A stretch of 64,000 bases of DNA from Minisyncoccota bacterium (lineage in GTDB: Bacteria > Patescibacteriota > Minisyncoccia > Phycocordibacterales > UBA6065): NCBI GenBank assembly GCA_036400935.1, contig DASWWW010000003.1, positions 101,083 through 165,082 of the forward strand, given 5' to 3'. Below the pieces are notes generated by a model that was not told the DNA's origin, did no database searches, and saw only the letters and a program-made list of their open reading frames with translations. This document shows positions 1 through 10,642 of the stretch, in pieces. A program made the translations under genes and the position numbers. Numbering within the stretch: the first letter of the stretch is position 1; every line of letters begins with the position of its first letter.

Positions 1-408
1 CTTGTCATCGTAGGATCGGGAGCAGAAGAGGCGAATCTCAAGGCGCTGGCAGCCGCCGCCGGCTTGGCGGATTCGGTCATATTCGAGCCGTGGGCGGATC
101 ACGCGACGCTTGTCTCGTACATGAAGACCTGCGATGCTTTTATTTCAGCCTCGCTCTATGAAGGCTACGGGCTGTCGATGCTCGAGGCGCATGCCGCGGG
201 CGCGACCTTGGTCGCTACGAATGCCGGCATCGCGCCGCTCCTGGCCGACGAGTCATGCCTCATAGCTCCAGGCGATGTCTCCGCCCTTGCCGCCGCCATC
301 GAATGCGCGCTCTCGGGCGAGGCGAAGAATAAGCCCTATCGGTATCCGTACCAGTCGAAATCAGCCTATCTAGATGTGTACCGCGCCGATATCGAGCGCG
401 CAAAATAG
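1..408 (+). CDS. Glycosyltransferase family 4 (GT-B), 5'-truncated by window edge
   Basis: Frame open from base 1 (LVIVGSGAEEANLK...); C-terminal GT4 motif SLYEGYGLSMLEAHAAG (E-X7-E). Confidence 0.85.
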   Translation, partial: LVIVGSGAEEANLKALAAAAGLADSVIFEPWADHATLVSYMKTCDAFISASLYEGYGLSMLEAHAAGATLVATNAGIAPLLADESCLIAPGDVSALAAAIECALSGEAKNKPYRYPYQSKSAYLDVYRADIERAK

Positions 409-415
409 CAGAAAT

Positions 416-1450
416 ATGAAACTTCTTATTGTTACTCAGACGGTAGACAAGAATGACGCGATACTCGGATTTTTCCATAGGTGGATCGCCGAATTCGCCG
501 CGAAATTTGAAAAGGTGACTGTCATCGCGCTCGGCGTCGGCTCGTACGACCTGCCTTCGAATGTCACAGTGCTCTCGCTGGGCAAGGAAAAGGGCACTGG
601 CCGGCTGGGCTATATCAGGAATTTCTATTCGTACATAACGTCGAGAAAGGGAGACTACGATGCCGTATTCGTACATATGAATCCGATCTATGTCGTGCTC
701 GGATCGCCGGTATGGAAAATCCTCGGCAAGAGGATTGCCTTGTGGTACGTGCACAAGACCGTTGATCTCAAGCTTCGCCTCGCGACCATGCTTGCCGACA
801 GGGTGTTCACGGCTTCCAAAGAAAGCTTCAGGATCAAGTCGTCCAAGGTCGTAGTTACCGGTCACGGCATAGATCTGGCGAATTCGACGCTCGCGAAATT
901 CCCTCGCGACAATTCCGACGCGCAGGTGATTGCCACCCTCGGGCGCGTCTCGGCTACCAAGAACGTCGATTTCATGATCAGGGCATTCGCCCGAGCGAAA
1001 AGGGAGTATGGCCAGCCTGCCGTGTTCGAGATAATCGGGAATGCCGCGACGCCAGCGGACGAGGAGTTCAAGGATAGGCTCACGGCGCTTGTAAGCGAGC
1101 TTGGTATATCGGACTCCGTCGTATTCAAGGGGCAGATAGCCAATGAGGCCATTCCAGACTATATTGGAACGGTCGATTTGACCCTCAATGCTAGCTCGAC
1201 AGGCAGCCTCGACAAGGCGGTGCTCGAGTCGATGGCGGTCGGCGTGCCGGTCCTCTGCGCCAATGAGGCGTTCAAGGATATCCTCGGACCGTTCGGCCTT
1301 TACTGCGAGGGCCTCGACGAGGATCGGTTCGCCCTCATGCTCTCGGCGCTCCTGCGCGGCGTGCCGCTCGACAGGAAAGGCCTTCGCGCGGTCATCGAGC
1401 GCGATCATTCTCTCGCAAACCTTATCGACCGAATATCTAAAACCATATGA
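416..1450 (+). CDS. Glycosyltransferase family 4
   Basis: MKLLIVTQ start; LGRVSATKN and GSLDKAVLESMAVGVPV motifs. Confidence 0.88.
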   Translation: MKLLIVTQTVDKNDAILGFFHRWIAEFAAKFEKVTVIALGVGSYDLPSNVTVLSLGKEKGTGRLGYIRNFYSYITSRKGDYDAVFVHMNPIYVVLGSPVWKILGKRIALWYVHKTVDLKLRLATMLADRVFTASKESFRIKSSKVVVTGHGIDLANSTLAKFPRDNSDAQVIATLGRVSATKNVDFMIRAFARAKREYGQPAVFEIIGNAATPADEEFKDRLTALVSELGISDSVVFKGQIANEAIPDYIGTVDLTLNASSTGSLDKAVLESMAVGVPVLCANEAFKDILGPFGLYCEGLDEDRFALMLSALLRGVPLDRKGLRAVIERDHSLANLIDRISKTI

Positions 1451-2058
1451 AACAAGTAGACCGCGACCATTATTCTTTCAGCTCATACGCCCATGCGGGC
1501 AGATTCGCGAGCTATTACTACCAGCTTCGCGAGATTCATGACGCGAAGCCTTCTTCCGTGCTCGAGGTGGGGGTGGGCGACGCGGTTATTGGAAACTACA
1601 TCCGTGACAATACGGATATTAAGTACACGTCGATCGACGTGGCGGCCGACGTCAATCCGGACGTGATCGGCAGCGTGCTCGCCCTGCCTTTCGAGGACAA
1701 GTCGTTCGACGTCGTCTGCGCCTTTGAGGTCCTCGAGCATATCCCGTTCGAATCCTTCGACAAGGCGATAAGCGAGATGTCTCGAGTCGCCAAGGGCAGG
1801 GTGCTTGTGAGCGTCCCGCATTTTGGTCCGCCTATTAAATTCCTGATCAAGATTCCGTTCCTCCCGGAGCTCAGCTTTGCCGTAAAGATCCCGTATCATC
1901 CCGTACATAAATGGAACGGCCAGCACTACTGGGAGCTCGGCAAGAAGGGCTATTCCAAGAGGGCGGTGATCGAGATCATGTCAAAGTACGGGAAGGTGAT
2001 CAGTGAGTACGTTCCGTTCGAGAACCAGTACCACCATTTCTTTATACTTGAAAAGTAG
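1447..2058 (+). CDS. Class I SAM-dependent methyltransferase (type 11-like)
   Basis: VLEVGVGDA motif I; LPFEDKSFDVVCAFEVLEH; ATGA overlap with upstream gene. Confidence 0.88.
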   Translation: MKQVDRDHYSFSSYAHAGRFASYYYQLREIHDAKPSSVLEVGVGDAVIGNYIRDNTDIKYTSIDVAADVNPDVIGSVLALPFEDKSFDVVCAFEVLEHIPFESFDKAISEMSRVAKGRVLVSVPHFGPPIKFLIKIPFLPELSFAVKIPYHPVHKWNGQHYWELGKKGYSKRAVIEIMSKYGKVISEYVPFENQYHHFFILEK

Positions 2059-3183
2059 ATGAAGCTCGCATACATCGTAAACGCACGCATACCGACCGAG
2101 AAGGCGCACGGATACCAGATATCCAAGATGTGTTCGGAGTTCGCCAAGGCGGGCGCAGACGTTACGCTGTTTTTTCCGGACAGAAGGAATGACATCGGCA
2201 AGGATCTCTTTGAGTATTACGGGATCGAGAAGAATTTCAACGTCGTCGCGGTACGTTGCCTCGATGCGGTACGTTTCGCGCCTGTTCTGCGAGGCTTGGC
2301 ATTCGTTATTCAGACAAAGCTTTTTTTGAAGGCCCTGAAAGCCGCCAATATCGACAAGGAGACGGTCGTCTACACGCGTAACCCCGAGGTTGCATCCGAA
2401 TATTATAAGAAAGGGAACAGGGTTTTTTACGATGCCCATAATTTCCCCGAAAAGGATCCGGCACGGATCGTAAATGCCTTGAGGGGCGTGAGCGGCATCG
2501 TCGCGAACTCGTCGGGAACGGCCAGGGCTTTCAAGGAAGCGGGATTCGAGCGCGTCCTCGTCGCCCATAACGGCGTCGACATATCGGAGTTCGACGTACG
2601 GCTTGATTCCAGGGAGGCCCGAGCCCGCATGGGCTTGCGACAGGACGCGAAGATCGCTATGTATGTCGGCCACCTCTACGCGTGGAAGGGCATTGATCTC
2701 GTCGTCGAGGCGGCGGTCCGCCTTCCTGACGTGCTGTTTGCTGTTGTTGGCGGTACAAAGAAGGACATTTTGAAATATGAAAATATAAAGAAGGCGCGAA
2801 ATCTGGCGAACGTCTATTTTCTCGGTCACAGGGCTCGCAAGGACATTCCGGTCTTTCTTCGCGCCGCTGACGTCCTCCTGCTCCCTAACGCTGCGGTGTC
2901 CGCAGAGTCTGAAAAGTACACCTCGCCTCTAAAGATGTTTGAATACATGGCGTCATCGACACCGATCGTCGCGTCCGACTTGCCTTCGATGAGGGAGGTG
3001 CTGGATCAGAATACCGCCACGTTCTTCGCGCCGGGGGATGCAGGGCAGCTCATTTCGGCTATCGAGCGAGTGCTCGGAAATGCGAGCGAGGGCATGGCCA
3101 AGGCCCGGCTCGCGCGAATCAAGGCCGAAGGCTATACATGGGACAACAGGGCCAAAGCTATACTTAATTTTATCAAAGGGTAA
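2059..3183 (+). CDS. Glycosyltransferase family 4
   Basis: HNGVD, YVGHLYAWKG and SPLKMFEYMASSTPIVASD motifs. Confidence 0.9.
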   Translation: MKLAYIVNARIPTEKAHGYQISKMCSEFAKAGADVTLFFPDRRNDIGKDLFEYYGIEKNFNVVAVRCLDAVRFAPVLRGLAFVIQTKLFLKALKAANIDKETVVYTRNPEVASEYYKKGNRVFYDAHNFPEKDPARIVNALRGVSGIVANSSGTARAFKEAGFERVLVAHNGVDISEFDVRLDSREARARMGLRQDAKIAMYVGHLYAWKGIDLVVEAAVRLPDVLFAVVGGTKKDILKYENIKKARNLANVYFLGHRARKDIPVFLRAADVLLLPNAAVSAESEKYTSPLKMFEYMASSTPIVASDLPSMREVLDQNTATFFAPGDAGQLISAIERVLGNASEGMAKARLARIKAEGYTWDNRAKAILNFIKG

Positions 3184-3194
3184 TATTAGCCATT

Positions 3195-4955
3195 ATGTGC
3201 GGAATCATCGGAACAAACGAGAATAACGAGGCGCTGATCCGCAAAGCGGGCAAGGCTTTCGCGTACCGCGGCCCTGACGCTTCGGCGACCTTTTCCGACA
3301 AATCCGTGACCCTCGGCCATCATAGGCTTTCGATCATGGATGTCGACCCGCGTTCGACCCAGCCTTTATGCGATGCCGATAGGAAGATTTGGATCGTATT
3401 CAACGGCGAGATATTCAATTTCAAGGAAGTCCGCGCTCTTCTCGAGAGCAAATACGAATTCAATACGACGTCGGATACCGAAGTCCTCGTCTATGCTTAC
3501 AAGGAGTGGGGCAAGGACATGACCAAGCACATCGAGGGCATGTACGCCTTTGCTATTTACGATACTGACAAGCAGACGGTGCTCTTGCTCCGAGACCATC
3601 AGGGTATCAAGCCGCTTTATTACTATGCAAAGGATGGAGTCTTTGCGTTTGCCTCTGAGGTGAAAGGCCTCACGAAGCTTTTGCGCGAGAAAAAGCTTCC
3701 GCTCGATCTCGATCCTAAAGCTATCGAGCTCTATACGGTCTTTGGCTACATTCCGTCGCCGCGCTCGCTCTATAAGGACGTCTTGAAATTGCCGAAGGGC
3801 TCTTACTTCACGTACGATCTTAAGGCGAAGAAGGTTGCGGAAATGGGCAAGTCCGAATTCGCGCCCAAGAAGGTGTCGAGCGAGAAGGAATACATCGATC
3901 TCATCGAGAAGAAAGTGCTGTCGCATCTCATCGCGGACGTTCCTGTCGGCGTATTCTTCTCAGGCGGAACCGATTCGACGCTTATCGCAGCCATCTTGCA
4001 CAAGCACAAGGTCGACCTTGAGACCTTTTCCATCAAGCTCGACTACAAGACCGAGGACGCAAAGTACTTCTCGATGATCAGCGAGCATCTGAAGCTCAAA
4101 TCGAACGTCTATGATTTCGACGCGGGTACTTTGGACTCAGTCTATGAGGAGGTCATGGGCAAGCTCGACGAGCCGACCTACGACAATTCGATATTCCCGA
4201 CGTATTATGTTTCGAAGATGGCGGCTCAGAAGGTGAAGGTAGTGCTTTCGGGCGAGGGGGGCGATGAATTCTTCTATGGCTACCCGCGCAGCCTCGAATT
4301 GAGCAAGATGAAGGACTCATCTGACTACTCTTTGTCGTTCCTCGATTACCTGTATTTCGCATTGCCTCCGTTCAAGGCTAAGAATCATATCTTTCAGAAG
4401 GTTTTCAGGATATTCAAGAAGCCGATCAGCTATTACATCCTCCAGATGTCCATCGCTCGCGACAGGGCGACCCTGGCGTCTTGGAAGGCGGCAAAGAAGG
4501 AGTGCCGAGCGCGCTCGATACGGCCGCTCGCATTGGATCAGGAGCTCTATCTTGAGAACGATCTTTTGCGCAAGACCGATTTGGCCACATCGTATTCGTC
4601 AATCGAAGGGCGCGTGCCGCTGCTCGATATAGACATCTTGAGCAATCATGAGGTTGTCGAGGTTATGAAGCTTGAAGGCGGAGTGCTCAAGGCATTCTTG
4701 AAGAAGCTCCTTGCGACATATATACCGCGCGAGATGGTGTATAGGTCAAAGAGCGGCTTCGGCGTGAACATGGTCACATTCTTCGAGCGATCGAAATACC
4801 TCCGAGCCGACCTCGAGAAGGCTATTGCATTTCTCGCTGAGAGGGGCGTAAAGACCCCTCGCGTCGGGAATATCGATACTGCCATAAGGAAATACCCATA
4901 CCTGTGCTTTGCCCTGATATCCCTCTACAGGTCGATAATCAATAACGAGCGCTAG
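3195..4955 (+). CDS. asnB: Asparagine synthase (glutamine-hydrolysing) family amidotransferase, probably glycan amidation
   Basis: N-terminal MCGI catalytic Cys, RGPD, LGHHRLSI, FNGEIFN, SGGTDS, SGEGGDE; embedded in a GT operon. Confidence 0.92.
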   Translation: MCGIIGTNENNEALIRKAGKAFAYRGPDASATFSDKSVTLGHHRLSIMDVDPRSTQPLCDADRKIWIVFNGEIFNFKEVRALLESKYEFNTTSDTEVLVYAYKEWGKDMTKHIEGMYAFAIYDTDKQTVLLLRDHQGIKPLYYYAKDGVFAFASEVKGLTKLLREKKLPLDLDPKAIELYTVFGYIPSPRSLYKDVLKLPKGSYFTYDLKAKKVAEMGKSEFAPKKVSSEKEYIDLIEKKVLSHLIADVPVGVFFSGGTDSTLIAAILHKHKVDLETFSIKLDYKTEDAKYFSMISEHLKLKSNVYDFDAGTLDSVYEEVMGKLDEPTYDNSIFPTYYVSKMAAQKVKVVLSGEGGDEFFYGYPRSLELSKMKDSSDYSLSFLDYLYFALPPFKAKNHIFQKVFRIFKKPISYYILQMSIARDRATLASWKAAKKECRARSIRPLALDQELYLENDLLRKTDLATSYSSIEGRVPLLDIDILSNHEVVEVMKLEGGVLKAFLKKLLATYIPREMVYRSKSGFGVNMVTFFERSKYLRADLEKAIAFLAERGVKTPRVGNIDTAIRKYPYLCFALISLYRSIINNER

Positions 4956-6008
4956 ATGAAAGTCCTCTACCTCTTCAACGGCACCCGCGCGGGCCTCAAG
5001 GAAAAGATACAGACCGGCGAATACCACGGCGGCGGCTTCTGGGGCATGCTCCAGCTCCTGGAATTCGGCATCGAGTCCGATTACATGGAGATCGAGCAGA
5101 CGTACTCTGCGGGCATTGTCCGATTCATCCGCAAGCACGTCCCTGTATACGGCATACACCTGCCGATCTTTTGGAAAATATTTTCATACGACATCGTATT
5201 CACCTCGTCAGCATTCATGAGCCAGCTCGCTCATGCGGTTTTGCATATTCGAAAGCCGATCTGGGTCATGCACGATTTCAGCATCATGAGCCTCATCGGG
5301 GAGGGAAAGACTCTCAAGCAGAAGATGTTCCGATACATGGTCGAGCGGTCGGGCGGCATCGTAACCCTCTCGAATGACGAGACTGACAGGCTCAAGAAGG
5401 CGTTTCCGCATCTCGCGTCGCGCATCGAGCTCGTGCCCTTCGGAGTCGATCTGGATTTCTTCAAGCCAAAGAGCGCTTCGGCAGGAGAGGGAGTAATCGC
5501 AGTCGGATTCGATCCTGAGCGCGACTGGAAAACGCTCGCCGAGGCGGCGAAATCCGTGAGCGTTCCGATCACGGTCGCGACCCGCGAATCCCGCATCGCG
5601 CACCTGCGCCCGCTTCCGGCAAATGTCACCGTGAGGCAGTTTTCCGTAAAGGAATTGGTCTCTGCGTATGACGATGCGGCTATCATAGTCGTGCCCCTCA
5701 ATACTTCATCCGGCGTAAACGACGCCATGGGACTCTCTACCGTCTATGAGGGCATGGCGATGGGCAAGCCTGTGATCGCTACCCGCACGAAGGCGACCGA
5801 GACATACATCAAGGACGGTGAGAACGGACTTCTTGTGTCTGAGGGCGACGCAGCGGCGCTCGCCTCGACAATCAATTCGCTTCTGGCGAATCCTGAGAAA
5901 TCTCGAAAGATCGGCGCGGCAGGGCGCATGTATGCGGAAAAGCATCTCGATATCCATGAGTGCGGTGGAAAATTGGCAGCCTTCTTTAAGGCGCTGAAGA
6001 TTAAATAA
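4956..6008 (+). CDS. Glycosyltransferase family 4
   Basis: PFGVDLDFF; GLSTVYEGMAMGKPVIAT; DGENGLLV. Confidence 0.88.
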   Translation: MKVLYLFNGTRAGLKEKIQTGEYHGGGFWGMLQLLEFGIESDYMEIEQTYSAGIVRFIRKHVPVYGIHLPIFWKIFSYDIVFTSSAFMSQLAHAVLHIRKPIWVMHDFSIMSLIGEGKTLKQKMFRYMVERSGGIVTLSNDETDRLKKAFPHLASRIELVPFGVDLDFFKPKSASAGEGVIAVGFDPERDWKTLAEAAKSVSVPITVATRESRIAHLRPLPANVTVRQFSVKELVSAYDDAAIIVVPLNTSSGVNDAMGLSTVYEGMAMGKPVIATRTKATETYIKDGENGLLVSEGDAAALASTINSLLANPEKSRKIGAAGRMYAEKHLDIHECGGKLAAFFKALKIK

Positions 6009-6702
6009 GATCCTTCCTTACGAAGAGGGAGTCCTCGTATATGAGCTTGTCGGTATCCTTGCTGTAGTGGCGCGCCATGTCGCCGTAATAGGCGAAGCCG
6101 AGGCCTGTCATGAGCTTGTAAATGTCGTCGAACAGAGGCTGCTTCTCGTAGAGGGCGACATACGACGTCTCGATGACTACCGCGGACGCTTTCTTGACGG
6201 TCTCCTTGCCGCCGAGGATTACTTTGTCCTCAAATCCCTGGACGTCCATCTTTATGAAAATGCCGGGCTCGAGATTTGCATCCTTAAGCACGTCGTCGAG
6301 TCGCTCGATCGAAATGGTCTCCTTGGTAGAGTCCTTGCTCTTCGGATAGAGCTTCTTGTGAAGGTCCGACATGACAAGAAGGGACGAGCTCGGGTGAAAC
6401 GAGCTCCTCTCGATCGTGGTCGATCCCTTTGTATCGCCGAGTGCGGTATTGAACGCCTTGAATTTTGCATCGTTCGGAAGGCTCGCTTCGAGGGATTTGA
6501 AGCAGTCCTTGAGAGGCTCAAAGGAATAGATGGCAGCGTCAGGGAAGAGGGCGCGCATCTCCTTTGCGTAATGGCCGGTATTGGCGCCGATGTCTATGAT
6601 CGTGCGGATGTTCAGGGGTCGGATCGTCGTATCGAGCGTCGGCCTGTATTTCTTGATGTCGTATCCGAACTTATTGAGAAGCCTTTTTATCTTGAGAAGC
6701 AT
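6001..6702 (-). CDS. FkbM family methyltransferase
   Basis: IDIGANTG, SFEP and IKMDVQGFE motifs. Confidence 0.9.
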   Translation of the reverse strand: MLLKIKRLLNKFGYDIKKYRPTLDTTIRPLNIRTIIDIGANTGHYAKEMRALFPDAAIYSFEPLKDCFKSLEASLPNDAKFKAFNTALGDTKGSTTIERSSFHPSSSLLVMSDLHKKLYPKSKDSTKETISIERLDDVLKDANLEPGIFIKMDVQGFEDKVILGGKETVKKASAVVIETSYVALYEKQPLFDDIYKLMTGLGFAYYGDMARHYSKDTDKLIYEDSLFVRKDLI

Positions 6703-6703
6703 A

Positions 6704-7612
6704 TTAGAGTATTTTATACGATTTGAACTGTTTCATCGTGAGCTTGCCGTCTGCCGACTCGACGTATTGCTCGTTTGGCCTTCCGAAAAAGAGGGGATAA
6801 AGAGCGACGAAGGCGGGCTCGAGCTTTGGAAATATTTTTGTGATACGTGACTGTGGCGAGAAGAAGAGGCGCGCCTTCCATGCCTTTGCGCTGCGGACTG
6901 GACGGGCGTTGTTCTGCTCGCCCTTGTATCGGGATATGCCTTTTGAAAGCTGTCCTTCTCTTTTCCTGAAATTGCTGATGTGCTTGTTGAGAGAGAGCAG
7001 CGGGCTGTGCTTTGCCATCTCGATCCAGAGCCAGTAGTCGCCGGCGCTTCGGTAGTGGCTTGGGATAGGGCCGCTCTTCTTCCAGAGGTCCATGGTAAAG
7101 AATACGCTGTCTGCCTCGACGAAATATGCCTCCTGGCCGTATATGCCGAGGGAGAGCCAGTCTTGCCTGTAGAGCTTGCAGTTTCCGGCGCGCAGAAGCT
7201 CGCTCTTTTCGCCGATCGTCGAGGTGATGCCCTTGACCCACTGCGTCCCCGGGTAGGCCGTAAAGACTTTCTTCATTGCCTGGAATGCTCCCGGATCGAA
7301 CGTGTTGTCGGCGTCGACCCATGTCGCAATGTCTCCAGACGCTTTAGAGAATCCGTTGTTCATGGCGACGATCGCCCCGCCATTCTGCTGAAGGTGGTAT
7401 TGGAAAGTAACGCCCTTACACTTGATGGGGTATTGCTTGGATGAAATCTTTTTCTCGTACTCGCGAGCTATGGTCGCGGTGCGATCCTTGGAGCCGTCAT
7501 CGATGACGATGTATTCGATAGTGAAATCGCCCTCCTGAGAGATGACGCTCTCGATGGTCTCGGCGATCCAGCGCTCCATGTTGTATGCGGGAGTGACGAT
7601 GGAGATTTTCAT
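6704..7612 (-). CDS. Glycosyltransferase family 2
   Basis: ISIVTPAYN, IDDGSKD and WVDADN (DxD) motifs. Confidence 0.9.
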   Translation of the reverse strand: MKISIVTPAYNMERWIAETIESVISQEGDFTIEYIVIDDGSKDRTATIAREYEKKISSKQYPIKCKGVTFQYHLQQNGGAIVAMNNGFSKASGDIATWVDADNTFDPGAFQAMKKVFTAYPGTQWVKGITSTIGEKSELLRAGNCKLYRQDWLSLGIYGQEAYFVEADSVFFTMDLWKKSGPIPSHYRSAGDYWLWIEMAKHSPLLSLNKHISNFRKREGQLSKGISRYKGEQNNARPVRSAKAWKARLFFSPQSRITKIFPKLEPAFVALYPLFFGRPNEQYVESADGKLTMKQFKSYKIL

Positions 7613-8473
7613 TTATTTGAGGTATTTCTCGTAGCCGACGTAATCAGGGTTCGCTTTCTTGACGTCCCAGTTGTAGAGGGGGAGCTTGAACGACCAGTTG
7701 TTCTTGAAGACGTGCGCGGTATGCATGAGGAAGTCGCGGCCGGTGCCTCGTCCTGACGGCACGCCCCAAGTTCGGGCATTCCTTGTTCGCAGGTTCACGC
7801 CTGCAGCGATGACCTCGCGCCTGAAGAGCACGTTATTGTCTCCGCCCGGATAGTTGTGGAGCTTGCCCCAGAAGAGCGGGCGGGTATACGGGAACCACTT
7901 GAGTGAGAAGGGGATGAATCGGTGGAAAGGCAGGCGCATGAGGGGGCCGTGGCACTCCTTCACGATCTTGTTGATGACTTCCGGCCTGATGACTACGGCC
8001 TCCTCGCCGAGCTCCTTGAAGATGCGGTCGACGTCGAGGGTCCTATTGAGCTTGTCAGGGCTGCCATCGAACCAGTCGACGGTGACCATGGTCGCATTGT
8101 ATTTCTGGGCGAGATTGTACTCGACCTCGATGCGATTCAGGAGCGATGCATCGTCGGAATCCTGAGTGGTTATCCAGCCGCCCTTGGCGATGCGGAAGCC
8201 GAAAGCGCGCGCCGACCAGCCGGCATTGATGTCGTAGCCGCGCCAGTTCGTGCGGGAGGGGACCTTCGGATTGCGGTAGAGCTTTACCCGAGGATCCTTC
8301 TTCGTAATAGCCTCTACGGCAGCGTATGAGCCGTCGGTCGAGCCGTCATCGACGACGATGATCTCGAGGTTCTTCCATGTCTGGTTGCAGATAGACTCGA
8401 CGGCGCGCACCGCGCGCACTTCCTCGTTGTAGACCGGGATGACGACTGATATGAGGGGCTGGTTATTTTGCAT
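7613..8473 (-). CDS. Glycosyltransferase family 2
   Basis: ISVVIPVYN, VDDGSTDGS and QDSDD motifs. Confidence 0.88.
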   Translation of the reverse strand: MQNNQPLISVVIPVYNEEVRAVRAVESICNQTWKNLEIIVVDDGSTDGSYAAVEAITKKDPRVKLYRNPKVPSRTNWRGYDINAGWSARAFGFRIAKGGWITTQDSDDASLLNRIEVEYNLAQKYNATMVTVDWFDGSPDKLNRTLDVDRIFKELGEEAVVIRPEVINKIVKECHGPLMRLPFHRFIPFSLKWFPYTRPLFWGKLHNYPGGDNNVLFRREVIAAGVNLRTRNARTWGVPSGRGTGRDFLMHTAHVFKNNWSFKLPLYNWDVKKANPDYVGYEKYLK

Positions 8474-9650
8474 GATTTTTTTCTAGATATGAAACGAATG
8501 ATTTGAAATTGGCGGCGAACGATTCTCTGGTGTGGTTCTTCAGAACGTATTCTCGAGTCTTCCTGGATCTTTCCCAGAGCTTTTCGGCGGGTTCTGCTGC
8601 CAGGTCTCGGACGGCTTTGCGTATCGATTCGAGTGAGCAATCGGGCAGCATGATCCCGAAGTCGCCGGTTTCGATACCGGTCTCTTTGCTCACGATCGGT
8701 ATGAGGCCGGCATGCATGGCGAGGAGCACTGCCGTAGAGCAGCCTTCGGCGCTCGAAGGGTACACGATGGATATCGAATTCTTGAGGACATCCTCGAATA
8801 CCTTGCTCGAAGGGTCCATGTGGCCCATGGCTTTTATATTCGGGGTCTGAGTAAGCTCCTTTGCGTACGCGTCGGTAAAGTCCTTCTCGCCGTCGTACTT
8901 GCCGCAGGCCGCAAGGGTGAGCTCGGGCATGCCGGCGAACGCCTCGAGGGCGAGGTCGAGGCCCTTGCGCACGACTCCGGATCCGCCGAACCAGATGAAA
9001 TTCTTGCGCGCTTTCGAGATGTCACGGTCGAATTCAGGGTAGGTGTGAGAGCTGCTCGGAGGTACGCTGAAAATAGGCTTCTTGAGGAAGTCGTAGGTGC
9101 TGTTAGGGAACGTGCCGCACAGGCTGCTGAGTACGTGCGCTACGTCGGGCGCTCGCGTCGGCCGGGCGGTTCGTCGCGGGAAGATGGTCGCTCCGCGGCG
9201 TTTCTGTATGTCGGCTAGCCGATTGTACTCGGCCGAGTTCCAGAAGAGCCAATGACCGGCAGTCGCGTAGAACACGAGGATGCACTCGGGGTTGAGGAGC
9301 TTTGAGAGCCTCTCGAGCGACGAGTCGATATCGATGCAGTACGCGTACTTGTGCTTTGGCTTGAACGAGCCGTTATTGAAATCGATGACATCCACGATGT
9401 ATCCGCGATCGACGAATTCCTGCGCCATCTGGACGCATTCCCACCTGTTTGAGTGTCCGTCGAGGATCTTTGGATCCTTTACAAGGAAGGGCAGGGTCGT
9501 ATACGAGAGGAGCACGCGGCCCTTCGGCTCCGAGGCGGGCTTGAGCGTCACTGCGCCCCCGGAAAGCTTGAATATCGCCCTGCTCGCGATCTGATTTACG
9601 GGAAGCTTTCGGATGACGGAATGTATGTGGGCGATTTTCTTGTGGATCAT
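8463..9650 (-). CDS. Glycosyltransferase family 4-like
   Basis: RKGLDLALEAF; PSSAEGCSTAVLLAMHAGL. Confidence 0.82.
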   Translation of the reverse strand: MIHKKIAHIHSVIRKLPVNQIASRAIFKLSGGAVTLKPASEPKGRVLLSYTTLPFLVKDPKILDGHSNRWECVQMAQEFVDRGYIVDVIDFNNGSFKPKHKYAYCIDIDSSLERLSKLLNPECILVFYATAGHWLFWNSAEYNRLADIQKRRGATIFPRRTARPTRAPDVAHVLSSLCGTFPNSTYDFLKKPIFSVPPSSSHTYPEFDRDISKARKNFIWFGGSGVVRKGLDLALEAFAGMPELTLAACGKYDGEKDFTDAYAKELTQTPNIKAMGHMDPSSKVFEDVLKNSISIVYPSSAEGCSTAVLLAMHAGLIPIVSKETGIETGDFGIMLPDCSLESIRKAVRDLAAEPAEKLWERSRKTREYVLKNHTRESFAANFKSFVSYLEKNHAK

Positions 9651-9682
9651 GTGGGCTCTGGTTTTTATGTCAACCGATTATA

Positions 9683-10642
9683 TCACGGCCGAATAGGCAT
9701 CAGCTTGATGATTTTCTGCGTTCTTTGCGTCCTGCCAGCATCGTTAAGGTGGGTCGGGGCATCGTAGAAAAGTCCCGCAGGGTACATGAAATCTTTCTGG
9801 CTGCCGACGAATGTCGAGGAAGGAAAAGCTTTCCTGAGCTCCGCCTCGCGGCTCTGGGCTGCCTGCATCGTGCTTGTTGGCGCGGACTCGAGGAGCGGCG
9901 CCCACGATATGAACACTTTTACGCCTTTTTCCTTCATCGACGCGGTCATCCGGACGAGCGTCTCGAGCGAGCCGGAGTCCGCCTGAGGACGGATGAAGCT
10001 CTCGGTTGCCTTGGCCATGTCTTCGGGAGATATTATCGATTCATCGAGAAGAGGCGAATCGATGTCGCCGAAGGCGTTCACGTTCTTGAGCGAATAGACG
10101 CTCGAGGACTGCTTGCCCGATATCTTGTGGGCAATGGATTCAAGCCTGCCTCGGAACCAGCCGGGCAATGCGCGCGTCATGGCGACCACGGTGTGCGGGT
10201 TGAGAATATCTACGACATGAGACGGATTCTCGAGTACTGTCTCGAGGAGTATATGTCCGTCGCCCCCTGGCGGCTGGTGGAGGAGCTCGTATTCCGGAAG
10301 GATGAGGACGATATCGCCCTTGCCCACATGAGGGACGATGACCCTCTCGATAAAACGCAAGCCGAAGCCGGCAAAGACGCCGGTATTCACGACATTCACG
10401 CCGGTCTTTTCCTTGAAGAGCTTCGAGTCGAAGCCGATTGCCGAGCCAGATCCGCCCATGACGATCAGTCGCGGCGCGGCCGTAGCCCCAAGGAGCGACT
10501 CCTTCTTGGCGAGGCTGCGGGCGTACGAGTCTGAGTTCCTGCTCGCGAGGGCGAGGAGGGCTACGACGGCGAATGCGACAAGCGCGAGGCCGATTGCCTT
10601 GCATGAGAATCGCAGGAAGAGTTTTTGTTCTTGAGTAAGCAT
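9683..10642 (-). CDS. Membrane-anchored SGNH-like protein (AlgJ/DltD-like partner of the MBOAT)
   Basis: N-terminal TM helix, IVMGGS block, C-terminal FYDAPTHLN with His; TGATG coupling to the upstream MBOAT gene. Confidence 0.6.
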   Translation of the reverse strand: MLTQEQKLFLRFSCKAIGLALVAFAVVALLALASRNSDSYARSLAKKESLLGATAAPRLIVMGGSGSAIGFDSKLFKEKTGVNVVNTGVFAGFGLRFIERVIVPHVGKGDIVLILPEYELLHQPPGGDGHILLETVLENPSHVVDILNPHTVVAMTRALPGWFRGRLESIAHKISGKQSSSVYSLKNVNAFGDIDSPLLDESIISPEDMAKATESFIRPQADSGSLETLVRMTASMKEKGVKVFISWAPLLESAPTSTMQAAQSREAELRKAFPSSTFVGSQKDFMYPAGLFYDAPTHLNDAGRTQRTQKIIKLMPIRP